From contig JBBDYJ010000025.1 in assembly GCA_040901675.1 (NCBI GenBank), forward strand, positions 255,943-319,942: DNA of 64,000 bases, given 5' to 3'. The notes beneath the pieces are model-generated. The model had not been told where the DNA came from and made no database searches. It saw only the letters and a program-made list of their open reading frames with translations. This document shows, piece after piece, positions 1-10,022 of this stretch (the stretch's first letter is position 1; every line of letters begins with the position of its first letter). The position numbers and the translations under genes were made by a program. This DNA is from Pirellulales bacterium. Lineage in GTDB: Bacteria > Planctomycetota > Planctomycetia > Pirellulales > JAICIG01.

Positions 1-1
1 A

Positions 2-1561
2 GATTGCCAGGTCGGCCGCCATGCCGGGGCGCAACAGGCCGCGGTCGGCAAGGCCGAGCTTGGCCGCATTGAGCGAGGTCATCTTGCGCACGGCGTCTTC
101 CAGGCGCAGCAACTTCCGGTCGCGGACATACTCGCCCAGCACGCGTGGAAACGTGCCGAAGTTGCGGGGGTGCGGGTTGCCGCGCCGCAGCGGCCCCTCG
201 ACCGCGTAGGCCGAGCCGTCGGAGCCGATCGAACACCAGGGCTGCACCAACGCCAGGTTCATGTCGTCTTCGGTGTGGTGCGCATAGACCGTGCCGACCG
301 AGCCCGACTCTTCCAGCAACAGGTCGAACAGCTCGTCCAAAGCGTCGGCCGCCGGCTTGCCCTGGGCGCGCAAGGCCAGCACGCGGTCCATCGTCAGCCC
401 TTTGAATCGATTCTCGGCGCTGACGAGCATCCGGCTCCAATCGCCGCCGACGGCCGTGTAGTGGTTGTACCAACCGTCGATGCCGTGGGTGATGTCGTGC
501 TTGAGCCGCTTGCGGGTTTCCGGGTCCTTGAGCCGCTGGAGCATCTTGGCGGTGCCGCCTTCATGGGCCCAGGGCGGGATGATGCTCGACAGGTTGTTGT
601 TGCCGCGCGTGTAGGGGTAGACGTTGGCCTGCACGTCCAGGCCGCCGAGCCGGGCCGACTCGATGAGCGCCACGACCTGGGGCATGCGGCCCCAGTATTG
701 CTGGTCGGCAATCTTCAAGTGGATGATGTCGACGGGTAAACCGGCCCGGCGGCCGATCTCGATCGCTTCCTCGACGGCGTCGAACACGCCGGTTCCCTCG
801 TTGCGGATGTGCGTGGAGTAGATGCCGCCGTGGCGGGCGGCCACCCGGCATAATTCGACGACCTCGTCGAGCGTGGCCAGCGAGCCGGGGGGCATTGCCA
901 ACTGGCTCGACAGCCCGCGGGCGCCGTCGTCCATGGCCTCGGCCACGAGCTGCTTCATCTGGCGCATTTGCTCTTCGGTGGGCCGGTCGAAGGCGTTGCC
1001 CATCACCGACTGCCAGACGTTGTTCAGCCCGACGTACGAGGCGACGTTGACCGCGGTGCCCGACTGCTCGAGAGCGGTAAAGTAGGCGGCCAGCGTGGGC
1101 CAGCGACGGGCGGGGCCGGGGCCGCCGGGGGCGGGCGAGGCGAGGCGAGGCCCTCGATTCGGCCCGGCCGACTCGCCTTCGCCGAGGACCTCGGTGGTGA
1201 CGCCCTGGCGGATCTTGCTCTGGGCGTCGCCATCCTCGAGCAACAGGTAGTCGGAATGGGAGTGGATGTCGATGAAGCCCGGAGCGACGACGAAGCCCTG
1301 GGCGTCGATCTCGTGGGTTGCCTCGCCGGGCCCCACCCGGCCGACCGCCACGATGCGGCCGCCGCGGACGGCCACGTCGCCGCGGAACCACGGGTTGCCG
1401 GTGCCGTCGACGATGCGGCCGTTGCGAATCAGCAGGTCGTAGCGGGGCTTGGTGTCACCAGCGGGGGCCGTCTGCTGAGCCAGGACACGGGTAGCGGGCC
1501 CCGGGGCAAGCATCGCCAGCGAGGCCAAGACTGCGAAAAGACGCCGCCGGAAAGTGTTCAT
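2..1561 (-). CDS. N-acyl-D-amino-acid deacylase (amidohydrolase family), runs off the left edge of the window
   Basis: Manual minus-strand translation from ATG at 1561: signal peptide MNTFRRRLFAVLASLAMLA, then YDLLIRNGRIVDGTGNPWFRGDVAV, APGFIDIHSHSD, SKIRQGVTTEVLGEG. Absent from the ORF track because there is no stop codon in the window. Confidence 0.9.
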   Translation of the reverse strand, partial: MNTFRRRLFAVLASLAMLAPGPATRVLAQQTAPAGDTKPRYDLLIRNGRIVDGTGNPWFRGDVAVRGGRIVAVGRVGPGEATHEIDAQGFVVAPGFIDIHSHSDYLLLEDGDAQSKIRQGVTTEVLGEGESAGPNRGPRLASPAPGGPGPARRWPTLAAYFTALEQSGTAVNVASYVGLNNVWQSVMGNAFDRPTEEQMRQMKQLVAEAMDDGARGLSSQLAMPPGSLATLDEVVELCRVAARHGGIYSTHIRNEGTGVFDAVEEAIEIGRRAGLPVDIIHLKIADQQYWGRMPQVVALIESARLGGLDVQANVYPYTRGNNNLSSIIPPWAHEGGTAKMLQRLKDPETRKRLKHDITHGIDGWYNHYTAVGGDWSRMLVSAENRFKGLTMDRVLALRAQGKPAADALDELFDLLLEESGSVGTVYAHHTEDDMNLALVQPWCSIGSDGSAYAVEGPLRRGNPHPRNFGTFPRVLGEYVRDRKLLRLEDAVRKMTSLNAAKLGLADRGLLRPGMAADLAI

Positions 1562-1781
1562 CAGCGGTTCTCCGTCAGGTGCGCATTGATTCCGCGGAGG
1601 CGATTCTACCAGGCCGGTCCCGCGAGACGCCAATCCCGTCGATCCTCTTGGGCACCGGCGAGCGCGATCGGTCAATAGCCAGGGATTGAGCAAGTTCGGC
1701 GGCAGGATTCAGATATTGTAGCTCGTGGCAATCTTGCGTAGACTTCACAAGAGGGTTAGCTGAGGGCCTTTTGAAGCGACA

Positions 1782-2072
1782 ATGCACGGTCCCATGCCCA
1801 AACAAGTCAATCTGCGCACGACGGACGAGCCGCTCCGCGAGTTCGTTCAAGGGCTGGGCGATTTCCGCGAAACCCTGGAACTGGTCCTTGACGGCCACGT
1901 GCTGGCTAAGCTCATTCCAGCGACCGACCTCTCCGACGAGGAAAAACAACGCATCCTCGACGAAGGCTGGGACCTGGTTAAAGAGGCGCGGGCGCGTAAT
2001 GCGGGAGTCCCGGAAAGCGAGATCGCCAAGACGGTAGACGCGGCCGTCCGGCGCATCCGCTCCCAAGAATGA
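1782..2072 (+). CDS. Putative antitoxin of the downstream PIN toxin
   Basis: Small ORF whose stop overlaps the PIN start (ATGA at 2069-2072). C-terminus SEIAKTVDAAVRRIRS. The true start may be MPKQ at 1794. Confidence 0.65.
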   Translation: MHGPMPKQVNLRTTDEPLREFVQGLGDFRETLELVLDGHVLAKLIPATDLSDEEKQRILDEGWDLVKEARARNAGVPESEIAKTVDAAVRRIRSQE

Positions 2073-2500
2073 CGTCGGCCGTTGTCGACACAAACATTCT
2101 CGTCCGAGGTGCCATCGCCGCTCACCCGCAAAGCGCCAGCAAGCGGGTCGTCGACGCCTTCTTCGCCCAACGTTTCGCCCTCCTTTTGTCGCCGGACGCA
2201 CTGCTTGAAATCCAGCGGGTGCTGGCTGAGCCCGATGTCCGCGCCAAACATGGCTGGACGGATGATAAGATCGTTCGCTTCTGCCGGGCGCTGCAGGCCG
2301 GCGCTCTCATGCGTTACCCGACAGTCCTGGTCCCGCCGTCGATCACGCGCGATCTCACCGACACCAAGTGGGTCGCGTTGGCGCTCGCCACGGACGCGGA
2401 TTTCCTCATCACGCACGACCACCGGCATCTCCACCGGCTCCGGGTCGTCGGCCGTACGAAGATCGTGACGCCCGCCGCGTTCCTTCGGCAAATTATCTAG
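2069..2500 (+). CDS. PIN-domain (VapC-like) putative toxin
   Basis: VVDTNILV N-terminus, RDLTDTKWVALALATDADFLITHD and KIVTPAAF, typical of the PIN_3 family. Confidence 0.88.
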   Translation: MTSAVVDTNILVRGAIAAHPQSASKRVVDAFFAQRFALLLSPDALLEIQRVLAEPDVRAKHGWTDDKIVRFCRALQAGALMRYPTVLVPPSITRDLTDTKWVALALATDADFLITHDHRHLHRLRVVGRTKIVTPAAFLRQII

Positions 2501-2708
2501 CCGCCCGACAACTGTTTGGGGCAGTCTTAATTGTCGGTTTCGTTGGCCCCCCAACTCTGTGCCTGCGTGCGGCAAGATGCTACAAAGACGCGGCCGAGCG
2601 GCTGCCAGCGGCTGGTCGAACGGCGCAAGATTCGGCGCTGGGCGCCGAATGGGTAGCAGATGCTGCCCTCTCGCCAGAGCGCCTGAGGGCGGCGACAGTG
2701 GAGCGCGC

Positions 2709-3686
2709 ATGATTGTTTCCAGCGATTCGACCTCCTGCTCGACGCCGATCGACATCGAGGGGCTGCGCAAGACCTATCGTGACGGACTGTTCGGCCGGCG
2801 GCGAATCGAGGCCCTGCGGGGCGTTACCTTCCAGGTGGGACGAGGCGAGGTCTTCGGCCTGCTGGGACCCAACGGAGCCGGCAAGACGACGCTGATCAAG
2901 GTGCTGCTGGGCATTGTCCGGCGCAGCGGGGGCCGGGCTTCGCTGCTGGGCCGGCCGCCCGGCGACCGCCTGGGCCGCCGGCACGTCGGGTATTTGCCGG
3001 AGAATCACCGGATCCCGCGGCATCATACGGGCTATACGGCGCTTGAGTTCTACGGCAGCCTGAGCGGGCTGCCCGTGGCCGAGACGCGCCGCCGCCGGGA
3101 CGAGCTGTTGGAGCTGGTAGGCCTGAAGGGTTGGGGGCGGACGCCGATCCGCAAGTATTCCAAGGGCATGCAGCAGCGGCTCGGCCTGGCCCAGGCCTTG
3201 CTCCACGATCCGCAACTTTTGATGCTGGACGAGCCCACCGACGGAGTCGATCCGGTCGGCCGTTCCGAGATGCGCTCGCTGCTGGTGCGCTTGAAGGAGG
3301 CCGGCAAGACGATCTTCATCAACAGCCACCTGCTGCAGGAGATCGAGCTCGTGTGCGACCGCGTGGTGATCCTGGTGCGCGGCGAAGTCCGCGCGCAGGG
3401 CGGGATCGACGAGCTGACCGCCCTCGGCCAGACCGAAGTCCGCTTGACGCTGGCCGGCAACGAGCCGGACATCCGATCCGCGCTCGGCGACCGCCAGACG
3501 CGAGACTGGAGCGTCGACGACACTGGCCTCGTGTACGTGACCATGCTTGTGCCGGACCAGGCCGCCGTGGACCAGTGCGTCGACGATCTGCGGCGCCGAG
3601 GGGTGGGCATCGTGGAACTCCAGCGACGCCGGCAGACGCTGGAGGAAGCCTTTATCCAGCTCGTGAACAAGGGGGCTGCGCTATGA
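2709..3686 (+). CDS. ABC transporter ATP-binding protein
   Basis: Walker A GPNGAGKTT, signature YSKGMQQR, Walker B LMLDEPT, H-loop NSHLL. Start placed at ATG 2709. Confidence 0.95.
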   Translation: MIVSSDSTSCSTPIDIEGLRKTYRDGLFGRRRIEALRGVTFQVGRGEVFGLLGPNGAGKTTLIKVLLGIVRRSGGRASLLGRPPGDRLGRRHVGYLPENHRIPRHHTGYTALEFYGSLSGLPVAETRRRRDELLELVGLKGWGRTPIRKYSKGMQQRLGLAQALLHDPQLLMLDEPTDGVDPVGRSEMRSLLVRLKEAGKTIFINSHLLQEIELVCDRVVILVRGEVRAQGGIDELTALGQTEVRLTLAGNEPDIRSALGDRQTRDWSVDDTGLVYVTMLVPDQAAVDQCVDDLRRRGVGIVELQRRRQTLEEAFIQLVNKGAAL

Positions 3687-5977
3687 GGCCGTACCTGGCG
3701 GTCATCAAGGACTCGTTCCGCGAAGCACTCTCCTCGCGCGTGCTGTGGATCCTGTTGGTATTGGCGACGGTGCTGTTGCTGGTCATAGTGCCGGTAGGGT
3801 TGCACGAGCAGGCCGGCACGTCGATCCAGCCGCGCGACCTGATCGATGCCGCCGGACTGATCGGCAAGCTGAAGACGCAACAGGCGGCTCAGCGGCCGTC
3901 GCCCGGCAAGCAGGTCTGGTCGCTGTTGAGCGATGACCTGCAGAGCCGCATGAAAACGAGAGAGGAACCAGGCGGCGGCTGGCCGGGCCAAACGGTGTTT
4001 CAGCTCAGCCGGGAACTGGATGCCATGCTGGCGGAGCGCGAGTTGTACGACGCCTCCGCTTGGGACGGCGTCGAGCTAACCCCGGAGGCCGAGCAACTGC
4101 TGGAAAAGGGCGCCGAGCGTCTCGACGACCAGGAGTTGAAGCGACTCAATCGGCACCTTGTCCAGGCCGCGTTCCCGAACGAGATCGCCGCCAGCAGTCA
4201 GACCCAGACGAGCTTGACCTACCTAGGAATGCAGGCCCTGGGGCCTTTCTCCGTTCCGCGGGAGGCGTGGATCAACAGTGCGCTGATGACTTTCATCAGT
4301 TTCTTTGCCGGGACGATCGGCGTTTTCGCCGCGATCCTGGTAACCGCCTCGATCATTCCACAAACGTTCGACGCCGGCGCGATCGACCTGTTGTTGAGCA
4401 AACCGATTTCGCGGGCCCTGTTGTACGTGGCCAAATTCCTGGGCGGCTGCGCGTTTATCGCCATCAATGCCTTGTACCTGGTGGGTGGGTTGTGGCTGAT
4501 TGTCGGTCTGCGGTTTGGCACGTGGAGCACGAAGCTGCTCTGGTGCGTACCACTATTGATGTTCTTGTTTGCCATCTACTACTCGGTCTCGGCCCTGGCC
4601 GGCGTGGTGTGGAAAAACGCCATTGTGTCCGTGGTGATCAGCGTCTTGTTTTGGGCCATCTGTTTTACGGTGGGCACCGCCAAGACAATGATCGAGTTCA
4701 TCGCAATCAACCCGGCCCGGCTGATCAAGCTGGTGCCGGCCGGCGAGGCATTGCTGGCCGTGGACGAGGGGGGCGACACGTATGCTTGGGAGTCGAAAAG
4801 CCGGACATGGAAGAGCATCCTGGCGCCGGCGGGGAGCGAGAACCGGCCTCCGCGGATTCTCGCGCCTTCGCCACCGGTGGGGCCGCTCTACGACGCCGAA
4901 AACAAGCGACTGTTTGCCCTGCCGCCGCAGTATCAGCAATTCGGCCTCGGCCAGGCCCCGCGGTTGATCGTGGCCCAGGAGGCCGACTCGTGGAAGCGGG
5001 CCGATGGGATCAGTGCGCCGGGCGGGACGGCGGCCTTGTTGATGGAGCCGCGGGGGACGCTGCTGGCAGTGAGCCCAGCCGGAGTGTTTCGCCTCAAGGG
5101 CAACCCGACGGATACAGCCAAGCAGGTGAAGGTGCTGGGTTTCGATCTGCCGCTCGGTCCCGCGGGTGGCTCCTTCGCGCCGGCCGGCGATGCGATGCGG
5201 TTTCGCGTGCCGCTGGCGGCGGCCATCGACGCGCGGTCGGGAGACGTGGCGGTTTACGACGGCGAAAAGCTTTCCATCCTCACACCGGATACCAAAGGAA
5301 AGTACTCGGCGTCTGCCGAGCGGCAGTTCAAGGAGCCAGTCGGTGGCGTGCTGGCGTTGGGAGGCAGCGGCGTCGTGCTGGGACTGGCCGACGGGCGCTT
5401 GCGGATCTACCGCCGGAGCGGCTCGAATTCAAAGGTTGAGCTGGAACTCGTCGGCGAGCACCGACCCGAGGGGAAGAATGGCGCTCGTTCCGTCGAAGCC
5501 GGCAGCGACGGACGGTTCTTTGCCGTGCTGTTCCATCATCGCAAGCTGTGGCTGTACGACGCGCAGCGGAAAACCTTGGTGGAGCCGGACATTTCGCGGC
5601 AGGGAGATTTTTCTGCCGCGGTCTTAGCGGGTCCGGACCGGCTGCTGGCGGCGGACCGCGTCAAGCGTGTCAGCGAGTACACGGTCCCAGGCTTCGACCT
5701 GGTCTCGCGGCGCGAGCCGGCGGGCGCGTTGGTCGAGCGCATCTATCGGTACGGGGTCAAGCCGATTTACACGGTGTTCCCCAAGCCGGGTGAACTGGAC
5801 AACGTGGTCAATTATCTGCTGACCGACGAGGAGAGCGTCGCCACCGGACCCGACGCCGACGACCCGCGTGCCGCGCGGATGCGGCTCGACGTGTGGGGGC
5901 CCGTCTGGAGCAGCCTGGCGTTTATGGCCGTGATGGTCGGTCTCGGGGCGCTCTACACTCAGCGAAAAGATTTTTGA
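3683..5977 (+). CDS. ABC-2-type permease with large extracytoplasmic insertions
   Basis: ATG 3683 overlaps the ATPase stop (ATGA). Motif GAIDLLLSKPISR..KFLGG, several TM helices, C-terminal YTQRKDF. Confidence 0.85.
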   Translation: MRPYLAVIKDSFREALSSRVLWILLVLATVLLLVIVPVGLHEQAGTSIQPRDLIDAAGLIGKLKTQQAAQRPSPGKQVWSLLSDDLQSRMKTREEPGGGWPGQTVFQLSRELDAMLAERELYDASAWDGVELTPEAEQLLEKGAERLDDQELKRLNRHLVQAAFPNEIAASSQTQTSLTYLGMQALGPFSVPREAWINSALMTFISFFAGTIGVFAAILVTASIIPQTFDAGAIDLLLSKPISRALLYVAKFLGGCAFIAINALYLVGGLWLIVGLRFGTWSTKLLWCVPLLMFLFAIYYSVSALAGVVWKNAIVSVVISVLFWAICFTVGTAKTMIEFIAINPARLIKLVPAGEALLAVDEGGDTYAWESKSRTWKSILAPAGSENRPPRILAPSPPVGPLYDAENKRLFALPPQYQQFGLGQAPRLIVAQEADSWKRADGISAPGGTAALLMEPRGTLLAVSPAGVFRLKGNPTDTAKQVKVLGFDLPLGPAGGSFAPAGDAMRFRVPLAAAIDARSGDVAVYDGEKLSILTPDTKGKYSASAERQFKEPVGGVLALGGSGVVLGLADGRLRIYRRSGSNSKVELELVGEHRPEGKNGARSVEAGSDGRFFAVLFHHRKLWLYDAQRKTLVEPDISRQGDFSAAVLAGPDRLLAADRVKRVSEYTVPGFDLVSRREPAGALVERIYRYGVKPIYTVFPKPGELDNVVNYLLTDEESVATGPDADDPRAARMRLDVWGPVWSSLAFMAVMVGLGALYTQRKDF

Positions 5978-6132
5978 GAGGGCGAAGCGCGCCTGCGAGG
6001 CATGGCCCCACGGCGCCTTGAAGGCCGCCCGGGCAGGCTGGCGGATGGCCAGTCCACCCGCGACCGGCTATACTGTGCCGCGATTGGTGTCTCAGCCAGT
6101 AGTGTTTCCGCGTCGAGCTGGCGCGCGTCCGG

Positions 6133-7056
6133 GTGGTGCGGGCTCATACAGCGATGCGAACCGGCAGTCAATTCCGCCACGTCGTGTTTCCGCGCTGGAC
6201 CTGCAAGCATGGCGTGCTGGACCTGGTCCGTCCTGCGGAGCGAGCCCGGGCGGGCGTGGAAGCAAGGCGGGACTTGCCGCGCGAGGCGGCCGCGTTCGTC
6301 GAATGGCTGTTCGGCCAGGTCAACCTCGACGCACGAGCGTATCGGGCCGAGACGTTGCAGCGGCGGTTGTCCGCCTGCTTGCGCTTCCTGCGGGTAACCA
6401 GCCCCCAGCAAGCTCGCCGCTTGCTGGAAGACAATCCCGCCCTGACGGCTTCCGCCATCAGCAGCATGTTGGTGGGGGTGACGTCGTTCTTTCGCGACTC
6501 GGCGGTGTTCGAGGCCTTGCGGCAGCAGGTTTTGCAGCCTTTTTGCAATCGTTCCGGCCAGAGGATCGGACTGTACGCCTGGAGCATCGGCTGTTCAGAC
6601 GGCGCGGAATTGTACTCGCTGGCGCTGTTGATGGCCCAGATGGGTATCCTTTCGGGCAGCTACCTGCTGGGAACCGATTGCCGCCGGGATGCCATCGAAA
6701 AAGCCAAGGCCGGCTGCTACGACGCTGCCAGGTTGCGAGAGGTGCCCATGGAGATCAGGGCACGTTGGTTCTCGCGGCAGGACTCGCTTTGGCAGGTCGC
6801 CCCATTGCTCCGCCAGTCGAGCCGCTGGCGCGTGGCCAACATCATCGAAGTACGCGAGCCGGGCCTGTGGGACGTGATCCTGTTCCGCAACACCTCGATG
6901 TATCTCTGTTCGGATCGAATGGCCGGGCTGTGGCAGCAACTGGAAAACTCGCTGCGCCCCGGCGGAGTGCTGGTCCTGGGTAAAGCCGAACGCCCCCTGG
7001 GGAGCAAGCGGCTGTCGATGGTGGCACCCTGTATTTACCGGCGCGAGCGGAGGTGA
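6133..7056 (+). CDS. CheR-type SAM-dependent protein-glutamate methyltransferase
   Basis: Motifs GVTSFFRD, AWSIGCSDGAELYSLA, GTD, DVILFRN and LRPGGVLVLGKAE. Start may be ATG 6154. Confidence 0.88.
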   Translation: MVRAHTAMRTGSQFRHVVFPRWTCKHGVLDLVRPAERARAGVEARRDLPREAAAFVEWLFGQVNLDARAYRAETLQRRLSACLRFLRVTSPQQARRLLEDNPALTASAISSMLVGVTSFFRDSAVFEALRQQVLQPFCNRSGQRIGLYAWSIGCSDGAELYSLALLMAQMGILSGSYLLGTDCRRDAIEKAKAGCYDAARLREVPMEIRARWFSRQDSLWQVAPLLRQSSRWRVANIIEVREPGLWDVILFRNTSMYLCSDRMAGLWQQLENSLRPGGVLVLGKAERPLGSKRLSMVAPCIYRRERR

Positions 7057-9674
7057 GCGTGGAGGCCGACTCCCCAGCGGTTGCCGGTTTGGCTTCGCGG
7101 CAAATTGTGGCGGCCGCGGCCTGGCTGCTGGTGGCGGCCACGGCCGCGGTCGACGTGCTGCTGCCCGGCAGCGTGGTCGTTGCGGTGCTGTTCACCTTGC
7201 CGCTGATTGTCTGCGGCGGCGTGGGCAGCACGGGCATGTTGTGGAGCATGACCGCCGCGGTCTTGACGTTGACGTTCGTCGACTATTTTGCGGGTGTCAG
7301 CTCGACCCAGGCGGCGCTGGAGTGGGCAGCCGTCGTGAACCGGTCGCTGGCCGCCTTCTTGTTGCTGCTGGTGGCGTCGATGGTCCACCTGCGGATTACG
7401 TCGGAAGCATCGCTGCGGCTGCAACAGCGGACGCTGGAGGCCCAGAACGCCGAGCTGGAGGAGCTCAACGAAGAGTTGAGTCAGCGGGAGGAGGAGATCG
7501 TCCGGCAGAACGAAGAGTTGCAGTCGCAAACCGAGGAGCTGGAGCGGCAGACCGAGGAGCTGCGGGTCACCAATGAGGATCTGGCCGGCCGGGAAAAGAC
7601 GCTGGAACAGTTGCTGGAGCTGTCGCGGTCGCTGACGGCCGAGATGCCGCGCAGCGAATTGTTGGACAAGATCTGCGAGACGTTGGGCCTGTTGACGACC
7701 AGCCTGGCCTCGGCGGTGCTGGAGCGGCGCGGCCATGAGCTGGAGGTGATCTGCCATCATGGCTTCGGGCCGGAAGGACTGAAATCGCAGATGCTGCCGT
7801 ATGCGCAGTCGTTCTCGTCGCTGATCCTGTCGATGGGCCAGACGGGCTACCTGGCCGATCTCGGCCAGCGGCCGGAGCTGGTGATTCCGCAGCCGAAGGA
7901 GGGAGACGCACTGCGTTCGGCGCTGGCCACGCCGCTGAAAGTACACGGGCGGTCGGTGGGCACGATCGAGATCTATTCGGCCGAACCGCGCGTGTGGGAC
8001 GACTCGCAAGTCGCCATGCTCGAGTCGCTGGCCGCGCAGACGGCGATCAGCCTGCACAACCGTGAGCTGCTGGAAGCCATCCAGCAGGAGCGGCGGCGGT
8101 TCGAGGCGGCATTTCGCACGGCGCCCTTCGGTTTGCTGGTCACCGACGACCCCCAGGGAGACGCCATCCATCTCAACCCGGCCGCAGCCGCAATGCTGGG
8201 CGTGCCCCTGGGAGAGAACATCGCGGCCTCGACCCCCACGGGCAGCCGATTGCGGCGAAGCATCTTTCGAGGGCACGAGCCGGTCAGCCCCGAGCGGTTG
8301 CCGTTGGCCCGGGCGCTGAAAGGTGAAGAAGTCCACGGCGAGGAGTTCGACGTGCGGTTGCCCAAGGGGCCCTCGGGTGGACTGGTGGTTTTGTGCTCGG
8401 CCGCGCCGATTTACGACGGGCAGGGGCGAATCGCCGGGGCGGTGGCCGCCTTCGCCGACATCACCACCCACAAGAGTCTGCTCAGGGAACTGGAGCTGCG
8501 GCGGAGAGAGGCCGAAGAGGCCAGCGTCCGCAAGACCCGCTTCCTGGCCGCCGTTTCGCACGACATCCGCACTCCGGCCAACGCGATCAGCCTGATGGCC
8601 GAGCTGATCCGGCGGTCGGCTGCCAACCCGCAGTTGGTCCAGGAGATCCCGGAGCTGGCCCAGCGGCTGCAAGCCAACACGCTGTCGCTGATGGAGCTGG
8701 TGAGCGACGTGCTCGACGTGGCGCGCTTCGACTCGGGCAAAGTCGAGCTGGTCGAAACCGAGTTTGCCCTGGCCGAGCTGATCGCCGACGAGTGCGGGCA
8801 GGTCGCGCCGCTGGCGCTCGACAAAGGCATCCGGCTGGTGTTCGAGCCGGCGGAGCGGCCCATCTGGCTGCACGCCGATCGCGTCAAGCTGGGGCGCATC
8901 CTGGGCAACCTGCTGAGCAACGCCATCAAGTTCACGCAGTCGGGCAGCGTGCAGGTGAGAATGGGAAGCGGGCCGCCACCCCAGCGGGAAGTGGAGCTGC
9001 TGGTCAGCGATACGGGAGTGGGAATCGCCCCCGAGCACTTGACGCTGATTTTCGACGAGTTCGCGCAACTGCACAACCCCGAGCGCGACCGGTCCAAGGG
9101 GACGGGCCTGGGATTGGCCATCTGCAAACGGCTGATTGAAGTGATGGGGGGCAGCATTTCGGTCCAAAGCACGTTGGACCAGGGCAGCACCTTCCGCATT
9201 GCCTTGCCGGCCTCGTGCGTCGCCATCCGATTGGCCGCTTCCTACGGCGCGCCCGGCCGGGAGACGAAGCCGCCGCGGCCAGGGCAGAGACCGGGCTTGA
9301 ATCTGCGGATCCTGCTGGTCGAGGATCACGCGACCACGCGGGAAGGCACCGGGCAGATCCTGCGCCAAGAAGGAGCCATCGTCGTCGAGGTTCCCAATGG
9401 GCGCTCGGCACTCGAGGCGCTCGAACAGTGCAGCCACGACGTGGTGCTGTTGGACATGATGCTGCCCGACATGGACGGCCGCGAGGTGCTCAAGGCCATT
9501 CAGAGCGATCCGCCGCCGGGATTAAAGGGAGTGGTCGTGCTGACCGGCGATCTCACCCAAGAGCGGCTGGCCGAGGTGAAGAAACTCGGCGCCGACGGGC
9601 TGATCGGCAAACCAATCGATGTCCGCAAAATGCTCGCCGCGCTGGAGGCTTACCAGGAGCGGCCGCTGCAGTAG
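7053..9674 (+). CDS. Membrane hybrid sensor histidine kinase (TM - coiled coil - GAF - PAS - HisKA - HATPase - REC)
   Basis: H-box FLAAVSHDIRTP, N-box NLLSNAIKFT, G boxes DTGVGI and GTGLGLAI, receiver ILLVED..LLDMMLPDMDG..KP. GTGA overlap with the CheR gene. Confidence 0.93.
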   Translation: MSVEADSPAVAGLASRQIVAAAAWLLVAATAAVDVLLPGSVVVAVLFTLPLIVCGGVGSTGMLWSMTAAVLTLTFVDYFAGVSSTQAALEWAAVVNRSLAAFLLLLVASMVHLRITSEASLRLQQRTLEAQNAELEELNEELSQREEEIVRQNEELQSQTEELERQTEELRVTNEDLAGREKTLEQLLELSRSLTAEMPRSELLDKICETLGLLTTSLASAVLERRGHELEVICHHGFGPEGLKSQMLPYAQSFSSLILSMGQTGYLADLGQRPELVIPQPKEGDALRSALATPLKVHGRSVGTIEIYSAEPRVWDDSQVAMLESLAAQTAISLHNRELLEAIQQERRRFEAAFRTAPFGLLVTDDPQGDAIHLNPAAAAMLGVPLGENIAASTPTGSRLRRSIFRGHEPVSPERLPLARALKGEEVHGEEFDVRLPKGPSGGLVVLCSAAPIYDGQGRIAGAVAAFADITTHKSLLRELELRRREAEEASVRKTRFLAAVSHDIRTPANAISLMAELIRRSAANPQLVQEIPELAQRLQANTLSLMELVSDVLDVARFDSGKVELVETEFALAELIADECGQVAPLALDKGIRLVFEPAERPIWLHADRVKLGRILGNLLSNAIKFTQSGSVQVRMGSGPPPQREVELLVSDTGVGIAPEHLTLIFDEFAQLHNPERDRSKGTGLGLAICKRLIEVMGGSISVQSTLDQGSTFRIALPASCVAIRLAASYGAPGRETKPPRPGQRPGLNLRILLVEDHATTREGTGQILRQEGAIVVEVPNGRSALEALEQCSHDVVLLDMMLPDMDGREVLKAIQSDPPPGLKGVVVLTGDLTQERLAEVKKLGADGLIGKPIDVRKMLAALEAYQERPLQ

Positions 9675-9752
9675 GACGCACGGCAAACTGTGCCACTGCT
9701 GGCATCACGCTCCGCAATGGTTCAGTCGAGCACTGCTTCTCGGCGGCGGGCT

Positions 9753-9785
9753 GGGTGGCTGGGGCAAAGCGATAAGCGTGCCCCA
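9753..9785 (+). repeat. REP-like family A copy
   Basis: gggtggctggggcaaagcgataagcgtgcccca, a variant of the GGGTGGCTGGGGCAAAGCG-N4-CGTGCCCCAG consensus. Confidence 0.8.
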
Positions 9786-9953
9786 CAAGCAAGCATTGGC
9801 CAGCGGGCGACCATGCTGGACCTAATCCATTCATGGCAACGACGGAGCCAAATCGCCTGCCAGGCTTCTCGCGGCGGTTGCAGGGCCGCCACTTGCGGAA
9901 GCCTCTGTCGAATGCGATCCCGCCCGCGGATAGCCGCCCGGCTTGGCCGCGGC

Positions 9954-9969
9954 TGGCACGCTTTGTGCT
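9954..9969 (+). promoter_or_regulatory. Putative sigma54 (-24/-12) promoter of the csbD cluster
   Basis: TGGCACGCTTTGTGCT has GG-N10-GC spacing with one mismatch to TGGCAC-N5-TTGC, and lies about 55 bp upstream of ATG 10023. Confidence 0.6.
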
Positions 9970-10022
9970 CCTATCTTGGGGGCTGGTTTACCCATTTTAT
10001 TCCTGGTTTTAGGGGTCACGCG

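Noticed and set aside
170..1678. Plus-strand ORFs 170-739 and 968-1678
   Set aside because: Antisense to the clear D-aminoacylase reading frame.
3131..3682. N-terminal extension of the 948-aa ORF (likewise 42592-43254 for the SDR)
   Set aside because: Out-of-frame overlap with the upstream gene; starts at 3683 and 43255, at or just after the upstream stops, fit better.
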